Shown: positions 47,731 through 56,377 of the stretch, one piece after another
How the letters are laid out: the number at the start of each line of letters is the position of its first letter
How positions within the stretch are numbered: position 1 is the first letter of the stretch
NCBI GenBank assembly: GCA_040905965.1
Contig: JBBDQP010000011.1
Span: 1-56,794 of the forward strand
From: Acidimicrobiia bacterium
GTDB lineage: Bacteria; Actinomycetota; Acidimicrobiia; Spongiisociales; ZC4RG35
DNA length: 56,794 nt
Direction of reading: 5' to 3'
Notes under the pieces: model-generated
The model's database searches: none
Seen by the model: the letters and a program-made list of their open reading frames with translations, nothing else
What the model was told of the DNA's origin: nothing
Made by a program: the position numbers and the translations under genes

Positions 47731-48039
47731 CCAGTGGACTTCGACTCCCGTCGGACCGAGCGCAACACCCACCAGGTCGACCCGGTCGATTCCCACGTTC
47801 GAGGCAAGGGTGTGAACCTGACGGCGTTTTGCCACCGGAAATTGCTGGTCGAGCGCCAGTCCGCCGCGGACGGTTCGAACCTCGACGACGACACGCCGTC
47901 GCCCCGACCGGGCGATCAGGTCGATTTCGCCCCGCCCGACTGCTCGGTTTCGCTCCAGGATGGCCAGCCCTCGGGACGTCAAGATCGCCTCGGCGATCCG
48001 TTCTCCTCGCCGACCGAGTGCCGGGCGATGATCTTCCAT
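47707..48039 (-). CDS. YraN-family (UPF0102) endonuclease-like protein
   Basis: ATG at 48037-48039. GRRGERIAEAILTSRGLAILERNRAVGRGEIDLIARSGRRRVVVEVR is the YraN core. Confidence 0.8.
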   Translation of the reverse strand: MEDHRPALGRRGERIAEAILTSRGLAILERNRAVGRGEIDLIARSGRRRVVVEVRTVRGGLALDQQFPVAKRRQVHTLASNVGIDRVDLVGVALGPTGVEVHWLRNVAAE

Positions 48040-48292
48040 ACGACAGCGTCTACCTCGACCATGTGACAGAACGCGTTCGAACCACCCATCCGGTGGTAGG
48101 CTGGCGTCAGCCACATCGGGTGGGAGGCACCGCCTCACCAGGCATTCCCCCGAAAATGATCGTCCCAGATGATCACGGCTTTCGTCTCAACCGGCTGGAC
48201 CGCCTCTTTCCGCCGATCTCGGATTCATTGCTTCGAGGCGAGATCACATCCAGCCAACGATGCCCGCCCGCGCGGGCCAGGAGACACACCCC

Positions 48293-49828
48293 ATGACCAC
48301 CTTCGCCGATCTCGGCCTTCCCGCCGCGATCACGAACATCCTCGAACGTGACGGCATCACCAGTCCGTTCCCCATCCAGGCTTCTGCCATTCCCGACGCC
48401 CTCGCCGGCCGTGACGTCTGCGGACGCGCGCCGACAGGTTCGGGCAAGACGTTCGCGTTCGGTCTTCCGATGCTCGCCGGTCTCGACCAGGCGCGCTCCA
48501 ATCGGCCCCGAGCGCTCGTGCTCGTCCCGACCAGGGAACTGGCCGACCAGATCCGCTCCGAGCTGACCCCTTTCGCCAAGGCAATGGGACGTCAGGTCGC
48601 CGTCATCTACGGCGGCGTCGGGTACGGACCGCAGCGATCGGCACTCCGCCGGGGCGCGGATCTCGTCATCGCCTGTCCCGGACGTCTCGAAGACCTGATC
48701 GACACTGGCGACATCCGCCTCGATGACCTCGACGTGGTCACGATCGACGAAGCCGACCGCATGGCGGACATGGGCTTTTTGCCCGCGGTTCGCCGCATCC
48801 TCGATCTCGCCCCACGTGACCGACAGACGCTCTTGTTCTCAGCCACACTCGACGGAGACGTCAAGGTCTTGACCGACCGCTACCAGAAGGACGCTCGCCG
48901 ACACGAGGCCGAGCCGATCGAAGCGCTCGGATCGGATGTCTCGCACCACTTCTGGCGCGTCGAGCGCGACGAGCGTTTGAACCAGACGGCCGCCATCGTC
49001 GACAGCTCTTCCTCGACCATCGTCTTCACCCGGACCCGGCACGGCGCCGATCGTCTGGTCAAGCAGTTGGATCGTGAGGGCATCGTCGGGGTTGCCCTGC
49101 ACGGAGGCAAGTCCCAGCCACAGCGGACCCGCGCCCTCGCCCAGTTCACGTCGGGCCGAGCCAAGGCGCTCATCGCCACCGACGTCGCCGCCCGCGGCAT
49201 CCACGTCGACGACGTCGCCAGCGTGATCCACTTCGATCCACCGGAGGACGCCAAGGCCTATGTTCACCGTTCGGGCCGCACCGCCCGGGCGGGCGCGACG
49301 GGTGCCGTGTACTCGTTCATCGACCGTTCGCAGGCGCGTGACGCCAACCGCATCATCCGTGACCTCGATCTTCCGACCGAGTTGTCGGCTCCACAGTCGA
49401 CGCCTCACGTCAGACGGTCGGAAGAACCTGCACGACCGGAGCGTGCCCCGCGCAACGAAGGTCACGCCCGGACCGAGCGGGCCTCGCGACGCGAAGCACC
49501 TGCGCGGACCGAGCGGGCTCGGGGTCGGAACGACTCGATCCGCGATGAGCGTCCGGCGCACGGCCCTTCACGTGGTTCCGATGACGTCGAAGGAAACATC
49601 TACGTGGCCAACCTGCCCTACTCGATGACCTCCAGCGAACTCGCCGAGTTGTTCACGCCGTTCGGTGCGGTCGATCAGGCCGCGATCGTGACCCATCCGA
49701 AGACGACCCGCTCCCGCGGTTTCGGCTTTGTGGCGATGCCCAACGCCGCACTTGCCATCGAGGAACTGAACGGCGCCGAGTTCGCCGGGAGAGTGCTGAC
49801 TGTGCGCGAGGCTCGGCCCCGGAGCTGA
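48293..49828 (+). CDS. DEAD-box ATP-dependent RNA helicase with a C-terminal canonical RRM domain
   Basis: ATG at 48293 preceded by AGGAG. Q-motif FPIQ, APTGSGKT, DEAD (TIDEADRM), SAT and HRSGRTARAG. The last ~78 aa carry RNP-2 IYVANL and RNP-1 RGFGFVAM. Confidence 0.9.
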   Translation: MTTFADLGLPAAITNILERDGITSPFPIQASAIPDALAGRDVCGRAPTGSGKTFAFGLPMLAGLDQARSNRPRALVLVPTRELADQIRSELTPFAKAMGRQVAVIYGGVGYGPQRSALRRGADLVIACPGRLEDLIDTGDIRLDDLDVVTIDEADRMADMGFLPAVRRILDLAPRDRQTLLFSATLDGDVKVLTDRYQKDARRHEAEPIEALGSDVSHHFWRVERDERLNQTAAIVDSSSSTIVFTRTRHGADRLVKQLDREGIVGVALHGGKSQPQRTRALAQFTSGRAKALIATDVAARGIHVDDVASVIHFDPPEDAKAYVHRSGRTARAGATGAVYSFIDRSQARDANRIIRDLDLPTELSAPQSTPHVRRSEEPARPERAPRNEGHARTERASRREAPARTERARGRNDSIRDERPAHGPSRGSDDVEGNIYVANLPYSMTSSELAELFTPFGAVDQAAIVTHPKTTRSRGFGFVAMPNAALAIEELNGAEFAGRVLTVREARPRS

Positions 49829-49837
49829 TCGGGCGGC

Positions 49838-50470
49838 TCAGCCGTCGACGCGGCCGAGGCGGTCCAAGGGCCAGATCCGGAAGACCGCCTTGCCGATGAC
49901 ATCGTCACGTGGGATCGGGCCGAAGACGCGCCCGTCTGAAGACTCGTTGCGGTTGTCGCCCATCATGAACAGCTCATCAGGCGCGATGACTCGCGGGCCG
50001 AACTCTCCCATTGCCACCCCAGGCTGGAGATAGGACTCGTCCAGGGGAACGCCGTCGATCAAGACACGGTTGTCCCGGACTTCGACGGTCTCGCCGCCGA
50101 GACCGACGATCCGCTTGATCAGATCGTCGTTGCCCGACGTCCGAATTCCGAGGGCTTCGAGAGTCGAGCGCACGACCGCTTCAGGGAATGACTCGTCGAC
50201 GTCGGGCGCATAGGGGTTCTCGAAGACGATGACGTCGCCGCGCTCTGGCTCACCGAGGATGTAGCTGATCTTCGAGACCATGACCCGATCGTCGATGAGC
50301 AGCGTCGGGATCATCGAGCCGGATGGGATGTAGAAGGGTTGGACGACGAAGGTCTTGATGACCACCGCCACGAAGAGGGCGGCGAGCAGCAGAAACGGGA
50401 GTTCGGAGAGGAACGAGCGCTTCGGCTCTTCGGCAGGTGCCTGCTCGGTTTCGTCGACCGGGATGCTCAC
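49838..50470 (-). CDS. lepB: Signal peptidase I
   Basis: IPSGSMIPTL (catalytic Ser), GDNRNESSDGR, and an N-terminal TM segment. I prefer the GTG at 50468-50470, which avoids a 47-nt overlap with rplS. The track start is 50524. Confidence 0.9.
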   Translation of the reverse strand: MSIPVDETEQAPAEEPKRSFLSELPFLLLAALFVAVVIKTFVVQPFYIPSGSMIPTLLIDDRVMVSKISYILGEPERGDVIVFENPYAPDVDESFPEAVVRSTLEALGIRTSGNDDLIKRIVGLGGETVEVRDNRVLIDGVPLDESYLQPGVAMGEFGPRVIAPDELFMMGDNRNESSDGRVFGPIPRDDVIGKAVFRIWPLDRLGRVDG

Positions 50471-50477
50471 CCGAGAC

Positions 50478-50822
50478 TCAGTCGCGCTTTTCCTTGATGC
50501 GGGCCGACTTGCCGGACCGCTCACGCAGGTAATACAGCTTCGACCTGCGAACGTCGCCCTTACGGGTCACTTCGATCTTCTGGATGATCGGGGCGTGGAC
50601 CGGGAACACCCGCTCGACTCCGACACCGAAGCTGACCTTGCGAACCGTGGCGGAAGCCTTCAGTCCGCTTCCGTTCCGGGCGATGACCACGCCTTCGAAC
50701 ACCTGAACTCGCTCACGGCCGCCCTCGACCACTCGCACATGGACCTTGACGGTGTCGCCGGCCCGGAAGTCGGGCACATCGTCGCGCAGATACGCGCCTT
50801 CGAGCATGTCGAGATTGTTCAT
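50478..50822 (-). CDS. rplS: 50S ribosomal protein L19
   Basis: 114 aa from the ATG at 50820-50822, preceded by [41 protein letters not shown] is the L19 signature. Confidence 0.95.
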   Translation of the reverse strand: MNNLDMLEGAYLRDDVPDFRAGDTVKVHVRVVEGGRERVQVFEGVVIARNGSGLKASATVRKVSFGVGVERVFPVHAPIIQKIEVTRKGDVRRSKLYYLRERSGKSARIKEKRD

Positions 50823-50957
50823 GGCGGGCTCCTTGGAGAAACAGGTGCCGGGCGACAGGCTTTCGAGGGCCCGCTTCGAAGCGGGCGCGAACATCACCCA
50901 GGCAGAGCCGAAAGCATACCACCGGGTTCACACTGCAAAAATCGCCAGAAACCCTCT

Positions 50958-51623
50958 TCAGCGGTCGAACAGATCGGGCCGCCGAGCCTTCGTCCTGGCG
51001 ATCCGCTGATCACGTCGCCACTTCTCGATGCGTCCGTGATCGCCGGACAGGAGCACCTCGGGCACACTCCATCCGCGGAACTCGGCCGGTCGGGTGTAGA
51101 CGGGCTCTCCGAGCAGACCGTCCCGGAACGACTCGGTGACGACCGACTCGGGGTTGCCGAGGACATCCGGAAGGAGTCGCGCCACGCCCTCGATCACCGC
51201 CAGCGCGGCGACCTCCCCGCCGGCCAGTACGAAGTCGCCGAGCGAGACTTCCTCATCGATCATGTTGTCCACGATGCGCTGGTCGACCCCTTCGTACCGG
51301 CCGCACACGAGCGCCAAATGATCGACTTCTGCCCAGCGATCGAGGTGTTCCTGGTGAAGCGGCACACCGGAGGGGGTCAGGAAGACCCGGTGCGCCCCCT
51401 CCACGGACTCGAGCGCTTCTGCGAGGGGTGCCGGACTCATCACCATCCCGGGACCACCTCCGAAAGGTGAATCGTCGACCGCTCGATGGACTCCCGCCCC
51501 CCACCGACGAAGGTCGATCGCCTCGACGTCGAGGGCTCCCCGGTCGATCGCCCTCGACACCATCCCGACTTCCAACGCGCCCGCGAAGTAGTCCGGGAAG
51601 ATGGTGACGATCGAAATCCTCAT
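50958..51623 (-). CDS. trmD: tRNA (guanine37-N1)-methyltransferase
   Basis: ATG at 51621-51623. MRISIVTIFPDYF...DDSPFGGGPGMVM...LVCGRYEGVDQRI. The track start 52094 runs into the IS110 gene. Confidence 0.95.
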   Translation of the reverse strand: MRISIVTIFPDYFAGALEVGMVSRAIDRGALDVEAIDLRRWGAGVHRAVDDSPFGGGPGMVMSPAPLAEALESVEGAHRVFLTPSGVPLHQEHLDRWAEVDHLALVCGRYEGVDQRIVDNMIDEEVSLGDFVLAGGEVAALAVIEGVARLLPDVLGNPESVVTESFRDGLLGEPVYTRPAEFRGWSVPEVLLSGDHGRIEKWRRDQRIARTKARRPDLFDR

Positions 51624-51684
51624 GACCCGAGCGTATCCTCCCACGGCCCGGGGACGAAGTCCCGTTGGGATGCTCCTATAGATG

Positions 51685-52731
51685 TCAAGTGGCGTGTTGG
51701 AGGTGCTGGTAGAGGTCTCGTGCGGCGTAGCGTTTGAGGCAGCGGATGATTTCTTTCTTGGTTTTTCCTTCTGCGAGTCGGCGTTGCATGTAGACGCGGG
51801 TTTCGGGGTGGTAACGGAGACGAACAATGACCATCCGGTAGAGAGCGGCGTTGGCTTGTCGGTCTCCTCCCCGGTTGAGCCGGTGTCTGACATGTTCCCC
51901 GGATGACGCTTCGACTGCTGACACTCCAGTGAGGGCCGCGAAGGCGGCTTCGCTGGTGACCCGGTCGGGGTTCGATCCCCAAGCGATGAGAATGTCAGCA
52001 GCCACGATGGGGCCGACGCCGACCATCTCGAGCATCCCCTGGGGGGCGTGGCCAGCGACGATCGTTCCCATCTGGGCGGTGAGAAGGTCCACATCGGTTC
52101 CGAGCTGCTGGTGTTGACGGGCCAACGTTTTCAGGGCGTGCCGGGCGGCGACAGCGGGATCAGCAATGTCGGCGCCGGGACGAAACCGGCCACAGGTGCC
52201 GATCAACTGATCAGTGGTCAACTGGTCGAGTCGTTCTCTCAGATCGTCAGGGCAGGTCACGATGATCGACCGGATCTGGTTGATGATCCGGGTGCGATGG
52301 CCCACCGCTGACCGGCGGGCGACCCGCAGCACACGTAACGCTTCTAAGGCGCCGTCACCACGCGGAACTCCCGACGCTTCCCCCGAGATCACTGCCCTCC
52401 CAGCAGAAATAGCATCGGTCACATCCGACTTGCCATACCGCCGACGACGCTGCCGGTTGGGACGGATCACCTCAACCACCCGGACTTCTTCACCGGTCAG
52501 GAACCGGGCCAAACCCTTACCCCAAGCGCCGGTCCCTTCCACCCCCACCTTCTCAACCCGTCCGAAACCCGCCGCCCATGCCAACAGCCGCCGATACCCC
52601 CGGTGAGAAGCCTCAAAGGTCGCAGTCGACAACACCCCACCATTGGTATCCAACACCGCCGCCACATGGAACCGGTGATGAGTGTCCACCCCGAGGATGA
52701 CACCCACCTCAAGTTCTGTCATCGTGTCCAT
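51685..52731 (-). CDS. IS110-family transposase (DEDD recombinase)
   Basis: ATG at 52729-52731 preceded by AAAGGAGAGG. GVDTHHRFHVAAVLD...VGVEGTGAWGKGLARFL is the N-terminal DEDD_Tnp_IS110 pattern. The C-terminal Transposase_20-like block reads GVGPIVAADILIAWGSNPDRVTSEAAFAALTGVSAVEASSG. Confidence 0.9.
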   Translation of the reverse strand: MDTMTELEVGVILGVDTHHRFHVAAVLDTNGGVLSTATFEASHRGYRRLLAWAAGFGRVEKVGVEGTGAWGKGLARFLTGEEVRVVEVIRPNRQRRRRYGKSDVTDAISAGRAVISGEASGVPRGDGALEALRVLRVARRSAVGHRTRIINQIRSIIVTCPDDLRERLDQLTTDQLIGTCGRFRPGADIADPAVAARHALKTLARQHQQLGTDVDLLTAQMGTIVAGHAPQGMLEMVGVGPIVAADILIAWGSNPDRVTSEAAFAALTGVSAVEASSGEHVRHRLNRGGDRQANAALYRMVIVRLRYHPETRVYMQRRLAEGKTKKEIIRCLKRYAARDLYQHLQHAT

Positions 52732-52739
52732 CGCTGATC

Positions 52740-53050
52740 CCTCTCCTTTCAACTTGTGTGAGGGAAAGGCAGCGGACCGGCCCGCTAGCTGGACAGTCCA
52801 GGGACGGGGCCTCTTATCCAGGCTCCTATCAGGTCACATGCCAGCAGACGGCCACCGCCACGCAGGCCCCCCCGGGAACGCTGGAGACAGATCCCAACAA
52901 AGGCACCATGGCCAGGGGAGACAAGGGTCATCCAGCACCCGGGGGAACCCACACCACAATTATCCCTGGGGAGTGGCCGAGCATCAGCGAGGCCGAGGGG
53001 GGCCGTAACGCGAAGCTGCCAAACCCGTTGACTCACCTCGCGCCAGGAGT
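52740..53050 (-). ncRNA. Candidate IS110 bridge (seek) RNA region in the 5' non-coding arm
   Basis: About 300 nt between the IS edge and the transposase RBS contain no plausible ORF. They contain many local G/C stems, for example ggac-tg-tcc and gcgggccggtccgc on the minus strand. In IS110-group elements this arm encodes the bridge RNA. I have not verified any covariance or loop pairing. Confidence 0.3.
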
Positions 53051-53075
53051 GATCCACAAGCTCACAGAGCTGACT

Positions 53076-53138
53076 GCCCCCCTGGCCGGCCCAAAGCGGC
53101 CGGCCGGTCCCCCAACGTCGCTTCGCTCCTGGGGGGAC
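53076..53138. repeat. G/C-hairpin REP-like repeat, family 2, copy D2 (adjacent to the IS110 5' arm)
   Basis: gcccccctggccggcccaaagcggccggccggtcccccaacgtcgcttcgctcctggggggac differs from D1 (44220-44283) at only a handful of positions. It ends 3 nt before the response-regulator stop codon. Confidence 0.8.
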
Positions 53139-53141
53139 AGA

Positions 53142-53777
53142 TCAGATCAAACGGCGTTCGGCGGCCCAGCGGGCGAGTTCGTTGCGATTGGAGAGTTGGA
53201 GCTTGCGGAGGACGTTGGAGACGTGGGTCTCGACGGTCTTGATCGAGATGAAGAGTTCCTCGCCGGTCTCGCGGTAGGTGTAGCCGCGGGCGATGAGACG
53301 CAACACCTCGCGCTCACGGTCGGTGAGAAGGTCGAACTCCGGGTCGACTTGGCCGACAGGGACCGAACTGAACGCGTCGAGAACGAACCCGGCGAGCCGG
53401 GGCGAGAACACGGCTTCACCACCCGCGACCGTCCGGATGGCCGCCGCGACTTCTTCGGGTGAGGCGGTCTTGGTGACGTAGCCCCTGGCGCCCGCACGCA
53501 CGACCGAGACGACGTCGTCGGCTGCATCCGACGCCGACAACGCCAGAAAGATCTGGTCGTCGATGTGCTTACGCACTCCGACCACCACCGCCGCTCCGCC
53601 GCCCCCGGGGAGATGGACGTCCAAGAGCACCACGTCCGGTCTGCGCTCGACGATCAGTTCGATGGCCGGTTCGACCTCGGAGGCCTCGCCCACCACTTCG
53701 AGATCGTCTCCCAACTCTGCCCGGACACCCGCGCGGAACAAGTCGTGGTCGTCGACGATGAACACCCGAATCGTCAT
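53142..53777 (-). CDS. NarL/LuxR-family response regulator
   Basis: ATG at 53775-53777 overlaps the kinase stop (ATGA). The receiver reads IRVFIVDDHDLFR...DVVLLDVHLPGGGG. The C-terminal HTH_LuxR reads LTDREREVLRLIARGYTYRETGEELFISIKTVETHVSNVLRKL. Confidence 0.9.
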   Translation of the reverse strand: MTIRVFIVDDHDLFRAGVRAELGDDLEVVGEASEVEPAIELIVERRPDVVLLDVHLPGGGGAAVVVGVRKHIDDQIFLALSASDAADDVVSVVRAGARGYVTKTASPEEVAAAIRTVAGGEAVFSPRLAGFVLDAFSSVPVGQVDPEFDLLTDREREVLRLIARGYTYRETGEELFISIKTVETHVSNVLRKLQLSNRNELARWAAERRLI

Positions 53778-54886
53778 CGCGGGACCTCCAATTTCCACTC
53801 GGTTCCCCATCCCGCCTCTGAACGTACGGCTGCCTGACCGTTGCGCCCGGCCACACGCCCGATGATCGATTCCCTCACACCGAGACGATCATGCGGTAGT
53901 CGTTCCGGATCGAACCCTCGGCCACGATCCCGGACATAGACCCGAAACAGGTCGTCGGTGACCTCGCCAAACACGGTGACGACCTGGGCACCGGAATGCA
54001 CTGCCCCATTGCTCATCGCCTCCCCGGCGGCGGCGACGATGGCGACAGCATCGTCTGTGAGTTCCCCGTCGCCCGACGTCACGACCTCTACCGGCACCGC
54101 GTGGCGCTGTTCGATGTCGGCTGCGACCGCATTGAGGGCGACCGCGAACGATCCGTCCACCGGGCTGGCACCGAAAAGCCAGTCACGAAGCTCCCGCTCC
54201 TGTTTCCGGGCGAGCAGCGTCACCTCGCTCGCTGTCTCAGCGCGTCGCTGTATCAGGGCGAGTGTCTGGAGGACCGAGTCGTGGAGGTGACGGGATATCT
54301 CGACCCGCTCTTCAGCTCTGGCGCGAGCAGCCTCCGCGCTCCTGCGCCTCTCGTCGGCCTCCCGGCGATGACGATCTGATGACCGCAATGTCCGCACGAT
54401 CCACGTGAAGATGGCCGCGCTCGCGGCGTAGAGGACGATCGATCCGACGGCTTCGGACGGTCCTCCGGGTCGGACGGCGAGGGTCACTACGGTCATGATG
54501 GTCGCAACCCCCCACGCCTCGCGCCGCCCTCGGATGGACGCGACGGCGACCACGATGAGTGGGAGGCCGCCGGAATAGGTGGGGACACCGGCGCCGGTGA
54601 ATGCGGTGGCAACGAGGGCGCCGGCACCGAGCACCACGTCGACAGCCAGGGTCGAGGCCATGACCAGACGCGCCGGATTCGACGACGACCACCCGACCGA
54701 GACCATCGACCAACCTGCGACGACGACAGAAACGATGATTGGGAGCCACGGCCGATCCATGGCTTCCCGCCCGACGAGGTATGCCGAGAACACGAGGATC
54801 CCCACCCAGGCGGCGCCGACAACTCGGGCTCCTGCGGCGATTCGGAGGAGAATCGGTTCGAGATCGTCAGGCGGCTGGTTCGTCAT
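53774..54886 (-). CDS. Membrane sensor histidine kinase (HisKA_3 / NarX-DesK-LiaS type)
   Basis: About 5 N-terminal TM segments, an H-box ISRHLHDSVLQTL, and a C-terminal HATPase region (EAMSNGAVHS...VRDRGRGF). Confidence 0.85.
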   Translation of the reverse strand: MTNQPPDDLEPILLRIAAGARVVGAAWVGILVFSAYLVGREAMDRPWLPIIVSVVVAGWSMVSVGWSSSNPARLVMASTLAVDVVLGAGALVATAFTGAGVPTYSGGLPLIVVAVASIRGRREAWGVATIMTVVTLAVRPGGPSEAVGSIVLYAASAAIFTWIVRTLRSSDRHRREADERRRSAEAARARAEERVEISRHLHDSVLQTLALIQRRAETASEVTLLARKQERELRDWLFGASPVDGSFAVALNAVAADIEQRHAVPVEVVTSGDGELTDDAVAIVAAAGEAMSNGAVHSGAQVVTVFGEVTDDLFRVYVRDRGRGFDPERLPHDRLGVRESIIGRVAGRNGQAAVRSEAGWGTEWKLEVPR

Positions 54887-54931
54887 CGGGGTGAAGGCTA
54901 CGAGCCTGCGAGCACCGTTAGCCTCTTTCTG

Positions 54932-55798
54932 GTGCCTCCCATGCCCCGTCCGAGGCGGCTCCCAATCCTCGTTGCGCTGGTTCTTGCCGCATGCTCGCCC
55001 GGCGTGAATGGAACCGCGACCTCGACGACCGTCACGACTGTGGTCGACGACGAGTCGACGACGACCACGACGACGGTCCCGACACCCGTCGAGGAGCCGC
55101 CCTGCGCCAGCGGCTCAGAGCCGTACGTCGAAAGTGGCGGAGCCGGATTGATTGAGCGTGATGACAGCGACGCCGATGTCGTCGCCGGAATCCGCTGGAC
55201 CAGCTTCCCTGTCTGCGATCGGATCGTCATCGAGTTTGCGGCTTCCAGCGGTGCTCCCGCCGTTTCTCCGCCCAGTGTCGGGCCGCTCTTCATCCGGTCT
55301 GCCGGCGTTCTCCGCATACAGCTCGATCCGGTCGTCTCGCGATCCTCCATCCTCGATCAGGTGATCGACGGGACTCTCGCCAAGAGCGCCTACGTCGTCC
55401 GTCGGACCACCAACGACCTCTTCATCGACCTGCATCTCTCGGCACCTGCGTCAGTACGGCTGAGCGTTGCGTCGAGTCCTGCCCGAGTCGTGGTGGACCT
55501 CCTGGCCGGCGGCGAGCCCTACCCCGCTCCGGCGATCGTCACCGACGATCTGGTCGTCGTCGACCCCGTGGGCGGCAACGTCATCTACCCCTTCACAGTC
55601 AACGGCTACCTGCGAGGCGGAGGGGACTCGATGACCGTGACGGTCGAGGCCGCCGGGGTCCTCGAGTCGCGTACGGGCGAGGTTGGACAACGGGGCGATG
55701 CCTGGGGGGCGTTCACGGTGTTGATCCCTGACGGTCCGACGGGCCCGGGATCGATACTGATCGGCGACAGGATCCCGCTCACGGTCGACCTGTCCTGA
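54932..55798 (+). CDS. Secreted lipoprotein with AMIN-like and Gmad2-like Ig-fold regions
   Basis: Lipobox LVALVLAAC, then a Thr-rich linker. RIVIEF...LFIDLHL...ARVVVDL is an AMIN-like pattern. The C-terminal VIYPFTVNGYLRGGG...WGAFTVLIP is Gmad2-like. Alternative ATG at 54941. Confidence 0.6.
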   Translation: MPPMPRPRRLPILVALVLAACSPGVNGTATSTTVTTVVDDESTTTTTTVPTPVEEPPCASGSEPYVESGGAGLIERDDSDADVVAGIRWTSFPVCDRIVIEFAASSGAPAVSPPSVGPLFIRSAGVLRIQLDPVVSRSSILDQVIDGTLAKSAYVVRRTTNDLFIDLHLSAPASVRLSVASSPARVVVDLLAGGEPYPAPAIVTDDLVVVDPVGGNVIYPFTVNGYLRGGGDSMTVTVEAAGVLESRTGEVGQRGDAWGAFTVLIPDGPTGPGSILIGDRIPLTVDLS

Positions 55799-55801
55799 GA
55801 T

Positions 55802-56377
55802 TCAGTCTTCCGGGATGAGACCAGGGATGTCAGCGAGGACGATTCGACGCCCTTCGAGGTCGACGTCCGGTACGAGAGCCGCCACGAACGGGACTTCGAA
55901 GACGCCTGCCTCGGCCCGCACGACGAGGCGGTACTGAGCAGCGCCCTCGATGACGTCTTCGACCGTTCCGATCGCGGTGCCGTCGACCGAGGCGACGTCG
56001 AGCCCGATCAGGTCGTCGGGCCAGTACTCGTCATCCGCGAGATCGCGCCGTTCCGACGCCTCGATGAAGAGGAACTCGCCGGTCAACGTTTCGGCGGCGG
56101 TTCGATCCTGCACTTCGGCGAAACGCACGAGGAGCGAATCTGTTCGCCATTGGGACCGCTCCACTGTGAGGGACCGACCGGACCCCGAGGTCACGCCCCT
56201 GCCTGGAGCGAATCGGTCCGGATTGTCCGTGTCTGGATGGACCGCGACGTAGCCGTGGAGTCCATGGGGGCGGCCGATCCGCCCGACGAGAACTCGGTCA
56301 GTCGATGAACTCGACGCCGGCAGACAGACCCTCCTCGTCTGCGGCGGCCTGGGCCACCGTGCGGATGGCGCGGGCAA
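55802..56377 (-). CDS. rimM: 16S rRNA processing protein RimM
   Basis: VLVGRIGRPHGLHGYVAV is the RimM N-terminal hallmark, followed by a PRC-barrel C-terminus. The only in-frame start I can find upstream of this motif is the TTG at 56377, which overlaps the KH gene by 80 nt. The start is uncertain. Confidence 0.8.
   Translation of the reverse strand: MPAPSARWPRPPQTRRVCLPASSSSTDRVLVGRIGRPHGLHGYVAVHPDTDNPDRFAPGRGVTSGSGRSLTVERSQWRTDSLLVRFAEVQDRTAAETLTGEFLFIEASERRDLADDEYWPDDLIGLDVASVDGTAIGTVEDVIEGAAQYRLVVRAEAGVFEVPFVAALVPDVDLEGRRIVLADIPGLIPED

Larger units (their letters stand above)
51640..53060 (-). mobile_element. IS110-family insertion sequence (ends approximate)
   Basis: A single DEDD-type transposase gene is preceded by ~300 nt without a credible ORF and followed by ~50 nt. 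There are no obvious terminal inverted repeats, as expected for IS110. I could not fix the boundaries from a single copy. Confidence 0.7.

Noticed and set aside
48070-48095. GTTCGAACC T-loop-like sequence, considered as a possible tRNA
   Set aside because: I could not build flanking complementary T-stem, acceptor or anticodon arms. The sequence lies in the yraN/helicase divergent spacer.
50355-51470. 371-aa plus-strand ORF
   Set aside because: It is antisense to lepB, rplS and trmD. It is a shadow ORF.
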